A DNA stretch of 64,000 nucleotides from NCBI RefSeq assembly GCF_051252315.1, contig NZ_JBPOFP010000004.1:16712-80711 (forward strand), given 5' to 3'. Positions 52,981 to 62,600 of the stretch are shown here, piece by piece. Each line of letters opens with the position of its first letter. The first letter of the stretch is position 1. Source of the DNA: Paraglaciecola sp. (GTDB lineage Bacteria > Pseudomonadota > Gammaproteobacteria > Enterobacterales > Alteromonadaceae). Position numbers and translations under genes: made by a program. A model generated the notes under the pieces. The model searched no databases. It was not told where the DNA came from and saw nothing but the letters and a program-made list of their open reading frames with translations.

Positions 52981-53793
52981 TCAAGGCTTTTCACATTGTA
53001 AATAACAGACCTGATAAGTCAGCGGAAGTTGCCCATGTTGAGCAAATAAATCAGAATAAACTGTTTCAAGGTTTTGCAGAGTGTGGCGATTAAAGCGTTT
53101 CTTGCCGTCTGACTCTTGAGTGGGTAACACCACGTTTGCGCCTATTGATTTGATGGAAGCTAACAGACCTCTTAGATCAGCATGCCAAGTCACATAAGGC
53201 TTTACTTCATACGTGACTTTTAATCCTTGTTGTAACGCTGCACTTTGCCAGCGTTTAACTGAAGCAAAGTCATTCACATGTTTATGTTTATCTAGCTGGC
53301 GCCAACTTTGATTTAGTTCAACAAACGATCCTTCGCACATAATGGCCAATATCGCTTTACCTTGAGGTTTTAGTACTCTAGATATCTCAGCCATAACTTG
53401 ATTCTGATCATTACACCACTGCAATACCATAGATGAAAATACACTATTTACAGATCGATTTTGCAAAGGTAAATATTCGGCATCGCCTTGTAACCAAGAT
53501 ATTTGGCTAGTAGCCTTACTTATCGATTTTTGCGCGTATGACACCATTCCAAAGGCCAAATCCAAGGCCATTAAATGTTCGCAATACTGCGTCAGCACTT
53601 GGCTATTTCGCCCTGTACCACAACCTATATCAAGCAAGGTATCAGCATGTTGAGAAATATAACTAAAAGCATCTTGGGCAATCAGTTCTTGAACATGCGC
53701 GTCATTGTCATATTGCTCTGCAGCTCGACTAAACTGCCTGGCAATTTTGCCTTTGACACATGGCGTGCTTGGTGAGCTTGGAATAGGTATCAT
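52981..53793 (-). CDS. bioC: Malonyl-ACP O-methyltransferase
   Basis: IARQFSRAA..YD..A..Q, LLDIGCGTG, GDAE.LP, S.M.LQWC, LPLTY.V.Y. Confidence 0.93.
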   Translation of the reverse strand: MIPIPSSPSTPCVKGKIARQFSRAAEQYDNDAHVQELIAQDAFSYISQHADTLLDIGCGTGRNSQVLTQYCEHLMALDLAFGMVSYAQKSISKATSQISWLQGDAEYLPLQNRSVNSVFSSMVLQWCNDQNQVMAEISRVLKPQGKAILAIMCEGSFVELNQSWRQLDKHKHVNDFASVKRWQSAALQQGLKVTYEVKPYVTWHADLRGLLASIKSIGANVVLPTQESDGKKRFNRHTLQNLETVYSDLFAQHGQLPLTYQVCYLQCEKP

Positions 53794-55038
53794 TTACACT
53801 TCAGCTCTATTCAATGAAGGTGATGATGAGGATTTTAATGAACACGAAGATAATTGACTCATAGCAAGCTCAAGCCCATCAACTAACGCTTGAATATCTT
53901 GTTCGTTATGCACAGCACTTAGAGTAATACGTAAGCGGTCGGTATTTTTTGGCACAGTGGGATAACGAATAGCGCTAACCCATAGACCTAAACTTTTTAA
54001 TTTGTGGCTGATGTTCAGAGCTTGCTCAGCGTTACCTATCAATACTGGTTGAATAGCTGTATTTGACGGCATTAAGTTAATACCCGCTTTCGCCGTAAGT
54101 TGTTTAAACAGAGCAATGCGCGCTTGTAAAATAGATTTATTTTCAATACGTTTTTTAGACTGTAAGCAAGCTAACGTGGCGTAAGCCTGAGCCGCTGGCA
54201 TGGCTGTACTATAAATATAATGCCTAGCAAAGTTGACTAAATAATCGATCAACTCAGCACTTCCTGCAACAAATGCCCCCGCAGTTCCTACTGCTTTACC
54301 AAAAGTAGCCATTAACACAGGTAGCTGTTGTTGCGACAAGTTTTCTTGCTCAGCCACGCCAAATCCATGTTCACCTAACACCCCAAATCCATGAGCATCA
54401 TCCACCATTAACCAGGCATTTTTAGCTGCAACTAACGGTTGAATTTCGGCTAGAGACGCTTGATCTCCGTCCATACTGAACACACTTTCAGTGGCGACTA
54501 ACACATCTGAATGGTTAGCGGTTTTATCTAATAAAGTTTGTAAGTGAGTGAGATCATTGTGTTTAAAACGATGTAAAGTGGCTCCACTTGCCTGTGCGCC
54601 ATCAATAAAAGAGGCATGTATCAGTTTGTCAGCTAAAATTTCGCCTTTTGGGTTTTGACCTTTAACGGCTTGATTGGCAGGAAAAAGGGCTTGGCAAATC
54701 GCTTGATTCGCTGCAAAACCTGAATTAAATAACAACACTTTTTCACGGCCCAAAACATCCGCCAAGTACTCTTCTAATGCTTGATGGACATGGGTGTAAC
54801 CAGTGACCAAAGGAGACGCACCACTACCTGCCCCAAGCTCACTCACGCCATCCACCCAAGCTTGTGCCACAACGCTTGAACGACGCATGCCTAGATAATC
54901 ATTACTTGAAAAATTAATATAATGCTGGCCAGCGACTTCTATCATGGGTCCTTGAGCAGACTCAATCACTTGGCGTTGACGCAATAAACCTTCAGACTTT
55001 CGCTGTGCCAATGCCGAATGTATAAAATCAAATGCCAT
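53794..55038 (-). CDS. bioF: 8-amino-7-oxononanoate synthase
   Basis: NFSSNDYLG, GSGAS.LVTG, SGFAAN, HASFIDG, ESVFSMDGD, DDAHGFGV.G, TFGKA.G. Confidence 0.97.
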   Translation of the reverse strand: MAFDFIHSALAQRKSEGLLRQRQVIESAQGPMIEVAGQHYINFSSNDYLGMRRSSVVAQAWVDGVSELGAGSGASPLVTGYTHVHQALEEYLADVLGREKVLLFNSGFAANQAICQALFPANQAVKGQNPKGEILADKLIHASFIDGAQASGATLHRFKHNDLTHLQTLLDKTANHSDVLVATESVFSMDGDQASLAEIQPLVAAKNAWLMVDDAHGFGVLGEHGFGVAEQENLSQQQLPVLMATFGKAVGTAGAFVAGSAELIDYLVNFARHYIYSTAMPAAQAYATLACLQSKKRIENKSILQARIALFKQLTAKAGINLMPSNTAIQPVLIGNAEQALNISHKLKSLGLWVSAIRYPTVPKNTDRLRITLSAVHNEQDIQALVDGLELAMSQLSSCSLKSSSSPSLNRAEV

Positions 55039-55049
55039 GGCGAACTGGT

Positions 55050-56195
55050 TTACCCTTCAACTGTAGCAGTTACTTTTTCGTTCGAAACTTTGTCGTTAGA
55101 AACGTTCTGACTAGATGAATTCTGACTAGACGCCTCGTAGAATAAATTATCGTTTTGTTTATCTTCGATTTCTTCTAAAAGTGCAGCTTCATGGGCTTCA
55201 TCAGAATATTCACGGGTTTTCTCAGAGTTAATCCCTAACTTTTTAAATAACAAAACATCTTCATGGGTATCTGGATTTGAGGTGGTTAACAACTTGCACC
55301 CATAAAAGATTGAGTTAGCGCCCGCTAAGAAACACATAGATTGCATTTGTTCATTCATGGCTTCACGTCCAGCAGACAATCGCACGTGAGATTTAGGCAT
55401 CATGATACGCGCAACGGCTATGGTACGAATAAACTCGAAATGATCTAAGTCGTCCACTTTCTCCATAGGTGTGCCTTTTACTTTAACTAACATGTTAATG
55501 GGTACACTTTCAGGTTGTTGTTCTAAATTAGCCAACTGCATTAATAAGCCACTGCGATCGGATGCCGTTTCACCCATTCCAACAATGCCACCTGAACAAA
55601 CGTTCATCCCGGCTTCACGTACGTTAGACAAAGTATCTAAACGATCTTGATAAGTACGAGTGGTGATGATGTCACCGTAAAACTCTGGTGAAGTATCGAG
55701 ATTATGGTTGTAATAGTCTAAGCCAGCTTGCTGAAGTGCTAAAGCTTGATCCCGCGTCAACATACCCAAGGTCATGCAGGTTTCTAAACCTAACTTTTTG
55801 ACTTCTTTTACCATATCAATCACATACGGCATATCCCTGTCACGAGGGTTACGCCAAGCAGCCCCCATACAAAAACGAGTAGAGCCGGTTTGTTTTGCTT
55901 CTCTAGCACGCTGAATCACTTTTTCAATTTCTAACAAACGCTCTTTTTCAAGACCCGTATCATAACGAGCACTCTGTGGGCAATATTTACAATCTTCCGG
56001 GCAGGCTCCGGTTTTGATAGACAATAAAGTACTGACTTGCACTTGATTCGGATCAAAATGTTGTCTGTGTACACACTGGGCTTTAAACAATAAATCATTG
56101 AAAGGTAAAGCAAAAAGTTCGTTTACTTGATCGATAGTCCAATCGTGACGAACCTCTGAAGATGACTGATTTAATGATGCAGAATTTTGTGACAT
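55050..56195 (-). CDS. bioB: Biotin synthase (radical SAM)
   Basis: [15 protein letters not shown] (CxxxCxxC), YNHNLDT, CSGGI.GMGE, PESVPIN, VRLSAGR. Confidence 0.98.
   Translation of the reverse strand: MSQNSASLNQSSSEVRHDWTIDQVNELFALPFNDLLFKAQCVHRQHFDPNQVQVSTLLSIKTGACPEDCKYCPQSARYDTGLEKERLLEIEKVIQRAREAKQTGSTRFCMGAAWRNPRDRDMPYVIDMVKEVKKLGLETCMTLGMLTRDQALALQQAGLDYYNHNLDTSPEFYGDIITTRTYQDRLDTLSNVREAGMNVCSGGIVGMGETASDRSGLLMQLANLEQQPESVPINMLVKVKGTPMEKVDDLDHFEFIRTIAVARIMMPKSHVRLSAGREAMNEQMQSMCFLAGANSIFYGCKLLTTSNPDTHEDVLLFKKLGINSEKTREYSDEAHEAALLEEIEDKQNDNLFYEASSQNSSSQNVSNDKVSNEKVTATVEG
55072..55131 (-). repeat. Two pairs of tandem 15-bp units in the BioB C-terminal tail
   Basis: ACTTTTTCGTTCGAA/ACTTTGTCGTTAGAA then ACGTTCTGACTAGAT/GAATTCTGACTAGAC; protein [20 protein letters not shown]. 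Confidence 0.7.
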
Positions 56196-56288
56196 ATTTG
56201 AGCCTTAATGTTTTTCAAACTTTACTTCCAAAGCGAGCGAGACTTTACTTCAAGCTCGCGCGGGCTTAGTCTATGTTTCCGGCGCACA

Positions 56289-56321
56289 TTGTCAACCTAA
56301 TTTAAATCTAAAACTTTACAA
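56289..56321. promoter_or_regulatory. BirA-type biotin operator between divergent bioB and bioA
   Basis: TTGTCAACC-N15-ACTTTACAA matches the TTGTAAACC-N14/15-GGTTTACAA operator architecture. Confidence 0.75.
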
Positions 56322-56332
56322 CTGGATGAATT

Positions 56333-57625
56333 TTGACCAATCAAGAACAACAAACTGAAAATTTACGTTTTGATCAACAGCATATTTGGCATCCCTATAC
56401 CTCAGCTATTAATCCACTTCCTTGTTACCAAGTGGTGAAAGCAGAAGGTGTGTATATTCATCTGGCCAGTGGTGAGAAGTTAGTCGACGGTGTAGCCTCT
56501 TGGTGGACTGCTATCCACGGTTACAACCATCCAGAACTCAATCATGCGATACAAGAACAAACACAAAGTTTTGCCCATGTGATGTTTGGAGGCTTAACTC
56601 ATCAGCCAGCCATTGATCTGTGCCGGCGGTTAATAGACATGACACCAACAGGGTTAGACAGAGTTTTTCTATCCGACTCTGGTTCGGTATCGGTTGAAGT
56701 CGCTATGAAAATGGCTTTGCAATATTGGGCTTGTCAGGGCAATCAAGATAAACATAAATTTATCACCCCACGTAATGGATATCATGGTGATACCTTTGCC
56801 GCGATGTCTGTCTGTGACCCCATAAACGGCATGCACAGTATATTTTCTGATGCCTTGTCTCAGCAAATATTTGCCCCGGCGCCACAAACCCGCTTTGATA
56901 AACAGTGGAACGAAGATGACATCAAACCATTAGAAGAGCTCATTCAGGCACATCACCATGAACTTGCTGCGCTTATCATCGAACCTATAGTGCAAAATGC
57001 CGGTGGCATACGTATTTACCACCCAGAATATTTAAAGCGAGCTCGCCAGTTATGTGACGAGTACAACCTATTACTAATATGTGACGAAATCGCTACCGGT
57101 TTTGGCAGAACAGGCAAGTTATTTGCCTGCGAACACGCAGACATTAGCCCAGACATATTGTGTTTAGGCAAAGCCTTAACCGGTGGTTATATGAGTTTAG
57201 CGGCCACCTTATGCAGCGAAGACGTGGCACAAGGTGTATGCCAAGGCGAGCCAGGTGTATTTATGCATGGCCCCACGTTTATGGGTAACGCTCTTGCTTG
57301 TGCAGTGGCAAACGCCAGTTTACAACTCATTGAAAATGGGGATTGGCAACAACAAGTGGCCAATATTGAACAGCAGCTCAATCACGAACTTATGCCATGT
57401 AAAGAATTAGATTCTGTCGCTGATGTAAGAGTGTTAGGTGCCATAGGCGTGGTTGAAACCAAATCAGCGGTAAACGTAGCCGAGATCCAAAAAGAATTTA
57501 TTAAACAAGGGGTTTGGATACGACCATTTGGCAAGTTAGTCTACATTATGCCGCCATACATTATTCAACCAGAACAACTCAAACAACTGACACAAACGAT
57601 ACATCAGGCTTTGGCAAAATTGTAA
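56333..57625 (+). CDS. bioA: Adenosylmethionine-8-amino-7-oxononanoate aminotransferase
   Basis: [70 protein letters not shown]. Confidence 0.98.
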   Translation: MTNQEQQTENLRFDQQHIWHPYTSAINPLPCYQVVKAEGVYIHLASGEKLVDGVASWWTAIHGYNHPELNHAIQEQTQSFAHVMFGGLTHQPAIDLCRRLIDMTPTGLDRVFLSDSGSVSVEVAMKMALQYWACQGNQDKHKFITPRNGYHGDTFAAMSVCDPINGMHSIFSDALSQQIFAPAPQTRFDKQWNEDDIKPLEELIQAHHHELAALIIEPIVQNAGGIRIYHPEYLKRARQLCDEYNLLLICDEIATGFGRTGKLFACEHADISPDILCLGKALTGGYMSLAATLCSEDVAQGVCQGEPGVFMHGPTFMGNALACAVANASLQLIENGDWQQQVANIEQQLNHELMPCKELDSVADVRVLGAIGVVETKSAVNVAEIQKEFIKQGVWIRPFGKLVYIMPPYIIQPEQLKQLTQTIHQALAKL

Positions 57626-57649
57626 TCACGGATAAATAAAACTACTGCA

Positions 57650-57713
57650 ACCGGTTATTAACCGTTAACTTGTTTTCTGTTAACGAATGAGCTGTTAACG
57701 ACTAATAACCGCT
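57650..57713. terminator. Extended hairpin between convergent bioA and the DUF1501-type gene
   Basis: GGTTATTA-ACCGTTAAC ... GTTAACGAC-TAATAACC inverted arms. Confidence 0.5.
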
Positions 57714-57719
57714 AAGAAT

Positions 57720-59054
57720 TTACACATTTCTAGGATCATAAATTTGAGGTGTTTGAGCAGAAGCATCAAATAAATTTAGGATCGTATTTTCTTTCAATCC
57801 AAAGGGAATAGTATCATTGGGATCGACAGAAAATAACTGACGTGAAGCGGCGATAATATCTTTTGGATAAATAATAATTCCACTATCACTGCTGTCCTCT
57901 TGCAAAGTTGCTGGGTTAATTTTGATGACATTTTGGGTTGCATCCGTCGCACCCACTACTCGATTACCCCATGGTGCATTCTTTTTCATAAAAATCGCGC
58001 TACCAATTGGCCAATGGTCTTTGCCATTACCACTGTTATAGTATGGCGTGCGGCTAAAGTCAGAACTTATTACCACATTGAGTTTATCCGCAATACCAAC
58101 ACTTTCAGCTTTTTCCCACAAGCGTGTAATACCAGCAATCAACCACTCAAGTCGTGTTTTATGCCTAGCATCGTGGTTAGAGTGTGTGTCGAACCCTTTA
58201 AGTGAAATATCAGCACTCACCGAGGTGCCTCCTAAAAAACAGCCTAAGGTGATATCAATCTTTTTGTAAAATTGGTCTCTTACACTGTTAGATGAATCTA
58301 TAGATGGATCAATCGTTTTAGATAAAGCATCAGACAAGGCATCCAGTTGTTCACCGTTATTAATGGCTTGTTGAAATAGGTTACGATTAAATTTTTGTCT
58401 CGGGCTTAAATTAGCCGCCTCATTTAAACGAGCTACACGTGCTTGGTGAGCATTTCTAATTTTTAACCAATCATCGTCAGGAAAATAACTGCCTGCGTTA
58501 ATTGCGCTATTCGGATTGATGATGTTTACCAAATCTGATGGAGAGCCTAAGCGATTACCTCGCACTAAACGGGCTGTTTCGCTGTATTTCCCCATTGACA
58601 AATAAGACGCGGGTAAATCACCGCCATGGGCCTTAGCTGCCAACGCACTTACAGTTGGATACCCTGCCGCTAAGCGACCACTAAAATTATAAATTTGCCC
58701 AGTATTGTGGGAATTTGTTTGAGAATCCACCCCATTCACCACCAACATATGTTGATGGTAATCATCAAAGAATTGCTTGGCATTATTGGCCCAAGGAGCG
58801 TATGGAATATTTCCAGCAATACCTATGTCCTTAGCCGTTTTTCCCACCGCCCAATTGTTAATGGGTTCAGCGTCAGATTCATTGATTTTGGGATCACAAA
58901 AACTACTCACATCCCACGCGCCTTCAACTTGAAAGAACACATAAAAGTTCTCTGGCGCAGCACTTTGCGCTGCCATAACATTAAATGGACTCGATACCCC
59001 AGAAACTAAACTAGCTGAAGCACCAAATTTGATAAATTGACGTCTGTTTAGCAT
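57720..59054 (-). CDS. Tat-exported DUF1501-like protein
   Basis: MLNRRQFIKFG twin-arginine signal; F.Q..GAWD, T.SH..G, GFDTHSNH, V...SDFSRTP..N...GKDHWP.GS, G.RVVG.TD motifs typical of DUF1501. Confidence 0.85.
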   Translation of the reverse strand: MLNRRQFIKFGASASLVSGVSSPFNVMAAQSAAPENFYVFFQVEGAWDVSSFCDPKINESDAEPINNWAVGKTAKDIGIAGNIPYAPWANNAKQFFDDYHQHMLVVNGVDSQTNSHNTGQIYNFSGRLAAGYPTVSALAAKAHGGDLPASYLSMGKYSETARLVRGNRLGSPSDLVNIINPNSAINAGSYFPDDDWLKIRNAHQARVARLNEAANLSPRQKFNRNLFQQAINNGEQLDALSDALSKTIDPSIDSSNSVRDQFYKKIDITLGCFLGGTSVSADISLKGFDTHSNHDARHKTRLEWLIAGITRLWEKAESVGIADKLNVVISSDFSRTPYYNSGNGKDHWPIGSAIFMKKNAPWGNRVVGATDATQNVIKINPATLQEDSSDSGIIIYPKDIIAASRQLFSVDPNDTIPFGLKENTILNLFDASAQTPQIYDPRNV

Positions 59055-59073
59055 AACAACCTCTTAAACTAGT

Positions 59074-62000
59074 TTATTCATGGTTAAATTTGTAATCCAT
59101 CATCAGATAGGCAATAACGGCTCGCCAAGCTGACTTAATGCCATTGCTATCATTACTATTAGCATTGGTAGCGCCGGGGCAACTTGTACCCTCTTCGTTA
59201 ATATTGACCGACTTACCGTCGCTAATTCGAGCAAGTTTTGCATCACGCACATTTACAAATAAATCGTAGGTAAAATCTAACTCTGCCGAATCAATGGTTA
59301 AGGATTCGCTTAAAAAGAGGTGGTGGAACTTTTTAATGGTTTCTTTTATTTCAGTCTCATTTGATTCTGGTGTACTCGTTGATTCAACATCAGAAAACAA
59401 CAGGCGATTTGCAGCGGGTTTAGAAAACTCATTTAGCACAATTTCACAAGACGCTTCCACCGCATGTGTAGCGGTAACATTAGCCATTAAGGTACTGACT
59501 TCTTTAGAACGCTCGGTCACTGAGTCAGAATCTAATCCACCTAAAAATATGTTGTACTCGTGGGTCAAATTCGTTTTCTCTAGGTTTGTTACCCCTGCGA
59601 CTTTCGTATTCCATTCAAACCCAGTTAAACTTTTGGTTTTAAACTCCAACTCCTCTGGGGTAAGTAACTTCTCACTTCCTACATCCAATAATGCTGTTTG
59701 TCTCACATCATCATTCGAGGATTGAATTGAAGAGCCTGTAGCCCTAAACCAATCACTCACAATCATGTTGGCTAATAATACTTTAACATTCTGCCCTTGA
59801 GCGTTGAGAGAAGTATTGGTCTTAAATTCATTTGCTAACTGTTGAATAAATACCGATTGAGCATCAAATAACATTTGTTGAGATTCAGAGCCGCCATCTT
59901 CGGGTTGCAGAACAGGTTTAGCGCCAAAAATAGACGGCCACCAAAATTGCACTGCAGCAGTATTAAAACGGCTATCATCCACAATTTGGTCAGCGACCCA
60001 ACTTAGACTGTGGTCATTATCTGGGGCTGGGGTAGCAGCCCCTTGTTCTGGATGAAAATACCCAGGGGCGCGCATTAATCTTTCGTCATACCAAGTGTCG
60101 TTATTGGCATAATAATTATCGCCATTTTCGTCCTTTAGACGAAAAACGTATTGCCATGGAAGCGAATCTTTACCGCCATTTCTAGCTCGATAAAAACCAT
60201 CATCATTGTAATTTTGATAGGCGCCAGCTAAAGGATCCATGATCACATGACATACAGTACAGGCTGGATTATTCATAGTCGGATTATTGGTGTCTGCTAA
60301 GGCAACCGGATCGGTGGTTCGGTCTTCTGAGGCTTCAATATCAAATCCTAAAAAGTGTTTCATAGTCCAACGAGCACGTGCACGATTTCGATTGGTTTCG
60401 GTAGACGGATAACGCTTCAAAAACGCAAAGGTGTTAAGCACACCTGCTTGTTTCATGTTATTCGCTTGCGTTGCTCTTTCTGGTCTAAAAAGTGGAATAT
60501 CTAAGTCGCCATTTTCGTAAGCATTACCTGGACCAGTACTCAAATACCGCCCTTTATCGGTAGTGGGCAAGAAAATGTCAGATTCTTTAAGATATGGGCG
60601 ACGAGAGGCGGCATCAGAGAAATCAACACCGTCTTCATCCAATCCTTTATACATCAAATTAGAGGCTTCATTTACCATCAAATAATCAGCCGTTAACACC
60701 TCAGAATAGGGTTTATCTTCTTCTACCACATATGCAATCAGCTCTAGTGGTGCACGTGTTATGGCATAGTTTAGCGGGATTTCGTATTGTCGGCGGTTAT
60801 ACCAACTGACATCATCTTCTTTAAAACTATAAAGTTTATTGGTGTATGCAGGGTAGTTGTAATCAGTGGCTTTTAATGAACTTACTTGATCTAAATCTAA
60901 CAATAATAAATCCGTTAACAGATTGTCATTGGCGCCACGTAATAAAAATTGGTGGAAACCATCTCCGGTCATTAAATCTTCAATAATAACTTGTTTTAAT
61001 GTCTCATCAGTTTGCCCAACTACCCTAGCGTATTCATCGTCTGTTGGCTGACGACCAGCCAAAATAGACGCCGCACGTTTTAATGTTGCTCGGTTATCAT
61101 CAAATTGTATATCTTTAAAAAACTCAACTTTGCTGATGTTAGGGTTATCTTGCGCTAGCGAATCTACATAGGCTGATAATGCAACGTATTCATCGGTATC
61201 TGAGGTAAATTGAACTTGCCCCTGATGATTGTTATCTCCTCTCACTTTAGCTAAAAGATTTAGCCTCTGGCTATCGCTAGACACATAGTCAACAAACGCC
61301 TGATGATTAAGTGCTAGATGGTTTGGTTCTTCACTAGTAGTGAAAACTAAGGTTGCACCATCGTTTGGCGCTTGCCCCCCACTAACATGACAAGCAATAC
61401 ATTTTTTCAATACGACTTGGCTTGAAATGTTTTCTGTGAACGCTACTTGATTGTTCAGTGAAGTTAAAAATAGAGATAAGTCGTCATACTCTTTTGAATC
61501 AACCGGCACTCGATTCCCACCAGCATGACCAATAGTAGCACTGGCTTTATCTAACACATATTTAGGTTTGGTATTGTCTATCAAAAAAGACACAAAGCTT
61601 AGGTAATTCTTAACGACATGTTCTGCATCGTTACTTTTAACAAACACTAATCCAGCACCTTGATTGACTGCCACGCCACCATCACTGTGACAATCTGAAC
61701 AGGCTTTACTGATATCCCCACCTTGTATTATGGGATTGGCAATATTGTCTGAAAAATGGGTATAGGCCACGGAGTCTTTAACTGATTGCGGTATTAAAAC
61801 GGTCGGTTCTGGCTCTGGGATTGGTTCAGGATCAGGATCGGGTGTAGGTGTTGCACAATCTGTTGTGCATTCTGTTAACAAATCTACAAACTCCTGAAAG
61901 TCTTGAACAATGACAGGGTCATTGCCTAAAGCATTGGCACCAGGATGACCATTCAATCCCCTTGGATAATCTTTTAATTTTTGTGCACCATCTGATGTTG

Positions 62001-62346
62001 AAGCGTAAGAGTGAAACACCTCAACGTTGTCTTCACTAAGAGTATTGGTTGAAGACTCAATAAACAAAGCCAAACCTGAGTCCTTGGCTATTCCTGTAGA
62101 GGTATGACAAGAGATACAACTTGCCTGCACTACTGCACTCGCGACCTTTTGTTCGTAAAAAGTAATCAGCTCTGCCGAAAATTTAGGTGTTGGATCTGGT
62201 TGGGGCGTTGGCTCAGGAGTAGGTACTGGTGCGGGAGGTGATGTATTGCCACTATTGGTTGATCCTGAACCGCCTCCACCTCCACAAGCGCTCAAAAAGA
62301 CACTTGTCAGAACACATAAAATTAGATTTTGTGATTTGTTAATCAT
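59074..62346 (-). CDS. 1090-aa multiheme c-type cytochrome lipoprotein with planctomycete-type (DUF1549/DUF1588/DUF1585-like) C-terminal region
   Basis: VFLSA-C lipobox, Gly and Pro linkers; CISCH (62104-62118), CSDCH (61687-61701), CIACH (61387-61401), CTVCH (60247-60261); TLKRAASILAGRQPT and CH..MDPLAG segments. Confidence 0.85.
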   Translation of the reverse strand: MINKSQNLILCVLTSVFLSACGGGGGSGSTNSGNTSPPAPVPTPEPTPQPDPTPKFSAELITFYEQKVASAVVQASCISCHTSTGIAKDSGLALFIESSTNTLSEDNVEVFHSYASTSDGAQKLKDYPRGLNGHPGANALGNDPVIVQDFQEFVDLLTECTTDCATPTPDPDPEPIPEPEPTVLIPQSVKDSVAYTHFSDNIANPIIQGGDISKACSDCHSDGGVAVNQGAGLVFVKSNDAEHVVKNYLSFVSFLIDNTKPKYVLDKASATIGHAGGNRVPVDSKEYDDLSLFLTSLNNQVAFTENISSQVVLKKCIACHVSGGQAPNDGATLVFTTSEEPNHLALNHQAFVDYVSSDSQRLNLLAKVRGDNNHQGQVQFTSDTDEYVALSAYVDSLAQDNPNISKVEFFKDIQFDDNRATLKRAASILAGRQPTDDEYARVVGQTDETLKQVIIEDLMTGDGFHQFLLRGANDNLLTDLLLLDLDQVSSLKATDYNYPAYTNKLYSFKEDDVSWYNRRQYEIPLNYAITRAPLELIAYVVEEDKPYSEVLTADYLMVNEASNLMYKGLDEDGVDFSDAASRRPYLKESDIFLPTTDKGRYLSTGPGNAYENGDLDIPLFRPERATQANNMKQAGVLNTFAFLKRYPSTETNRNRARARWTMKHFLGFDIEASEDRTTDPVALADTNNPTMNNPACTVCHVIMDPLAGAYQNYNDDGFYRARNGGKDSLPWQYVFRLKDENGDNYYANNDTWYDERLMRAPGYFHPEQGAATPAPDNDHSLSWVADQIVDDSRFNTAAVQFWWPSIFGAKPVLQPEDGGSESQQMLFDAQSVFIQQLANEFKTNTSLNAQGQNVKVLLANMIVSDWFRATGSSIQSSNDDVRQTALLDVGSEKLLTPEELEFKTKSLTGFEWNTKVAGVTNLEKTNLTHEYNIFLGGLDSDSVTERSKEVSTLMANVTATHAVEASCEIVLNEFSKPAANRLLFSDVESTSTPESNETEIKETIKKFHHLFLSESLTIDSAELDFTYDLFVNVRDAKLARISDGKSVNINEEGTSCPGATNANSNDSNGIKSAWRAVIAYLMMDYKFNHE

Positions 62347-62509
62347 ACGACCTCTTAATGATTGTAATGCCGTTCACCCAACCTAATGTTTACAGCCCAG
62401 CATGCTGTTAACCTATAGTGCAATGACAATTATAATTTCTAAGTTTTCAACGCTGTGAGTGTAACCGTAGATAGTCCACTCAACACAAGCTATTTGCAAA
62501 TAAAAAACA

Positions 62510-62553
62510 ATATTCACATTTAAATTTACAATAAATTTACATTAAAACACACT
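62510..62553. promoter_or_regulatory. 11-bp-period direct repeat array upstream of the multiheme gene
   Basis: ATATTCACATT TAAATTTACAA TAAATTTACAT TAAAACACACT. Confidence 0.4.
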
Positions 62554-62600
62554 TAATAGGAATAATTTCCGCAGAACATTTTATTACTAGCGTTGTTAAT

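Noticed and set aside
59294-59725. 143-aa plus-strand ORF
   Set aside because: Shadow of the multiheme lipoprotein gene.
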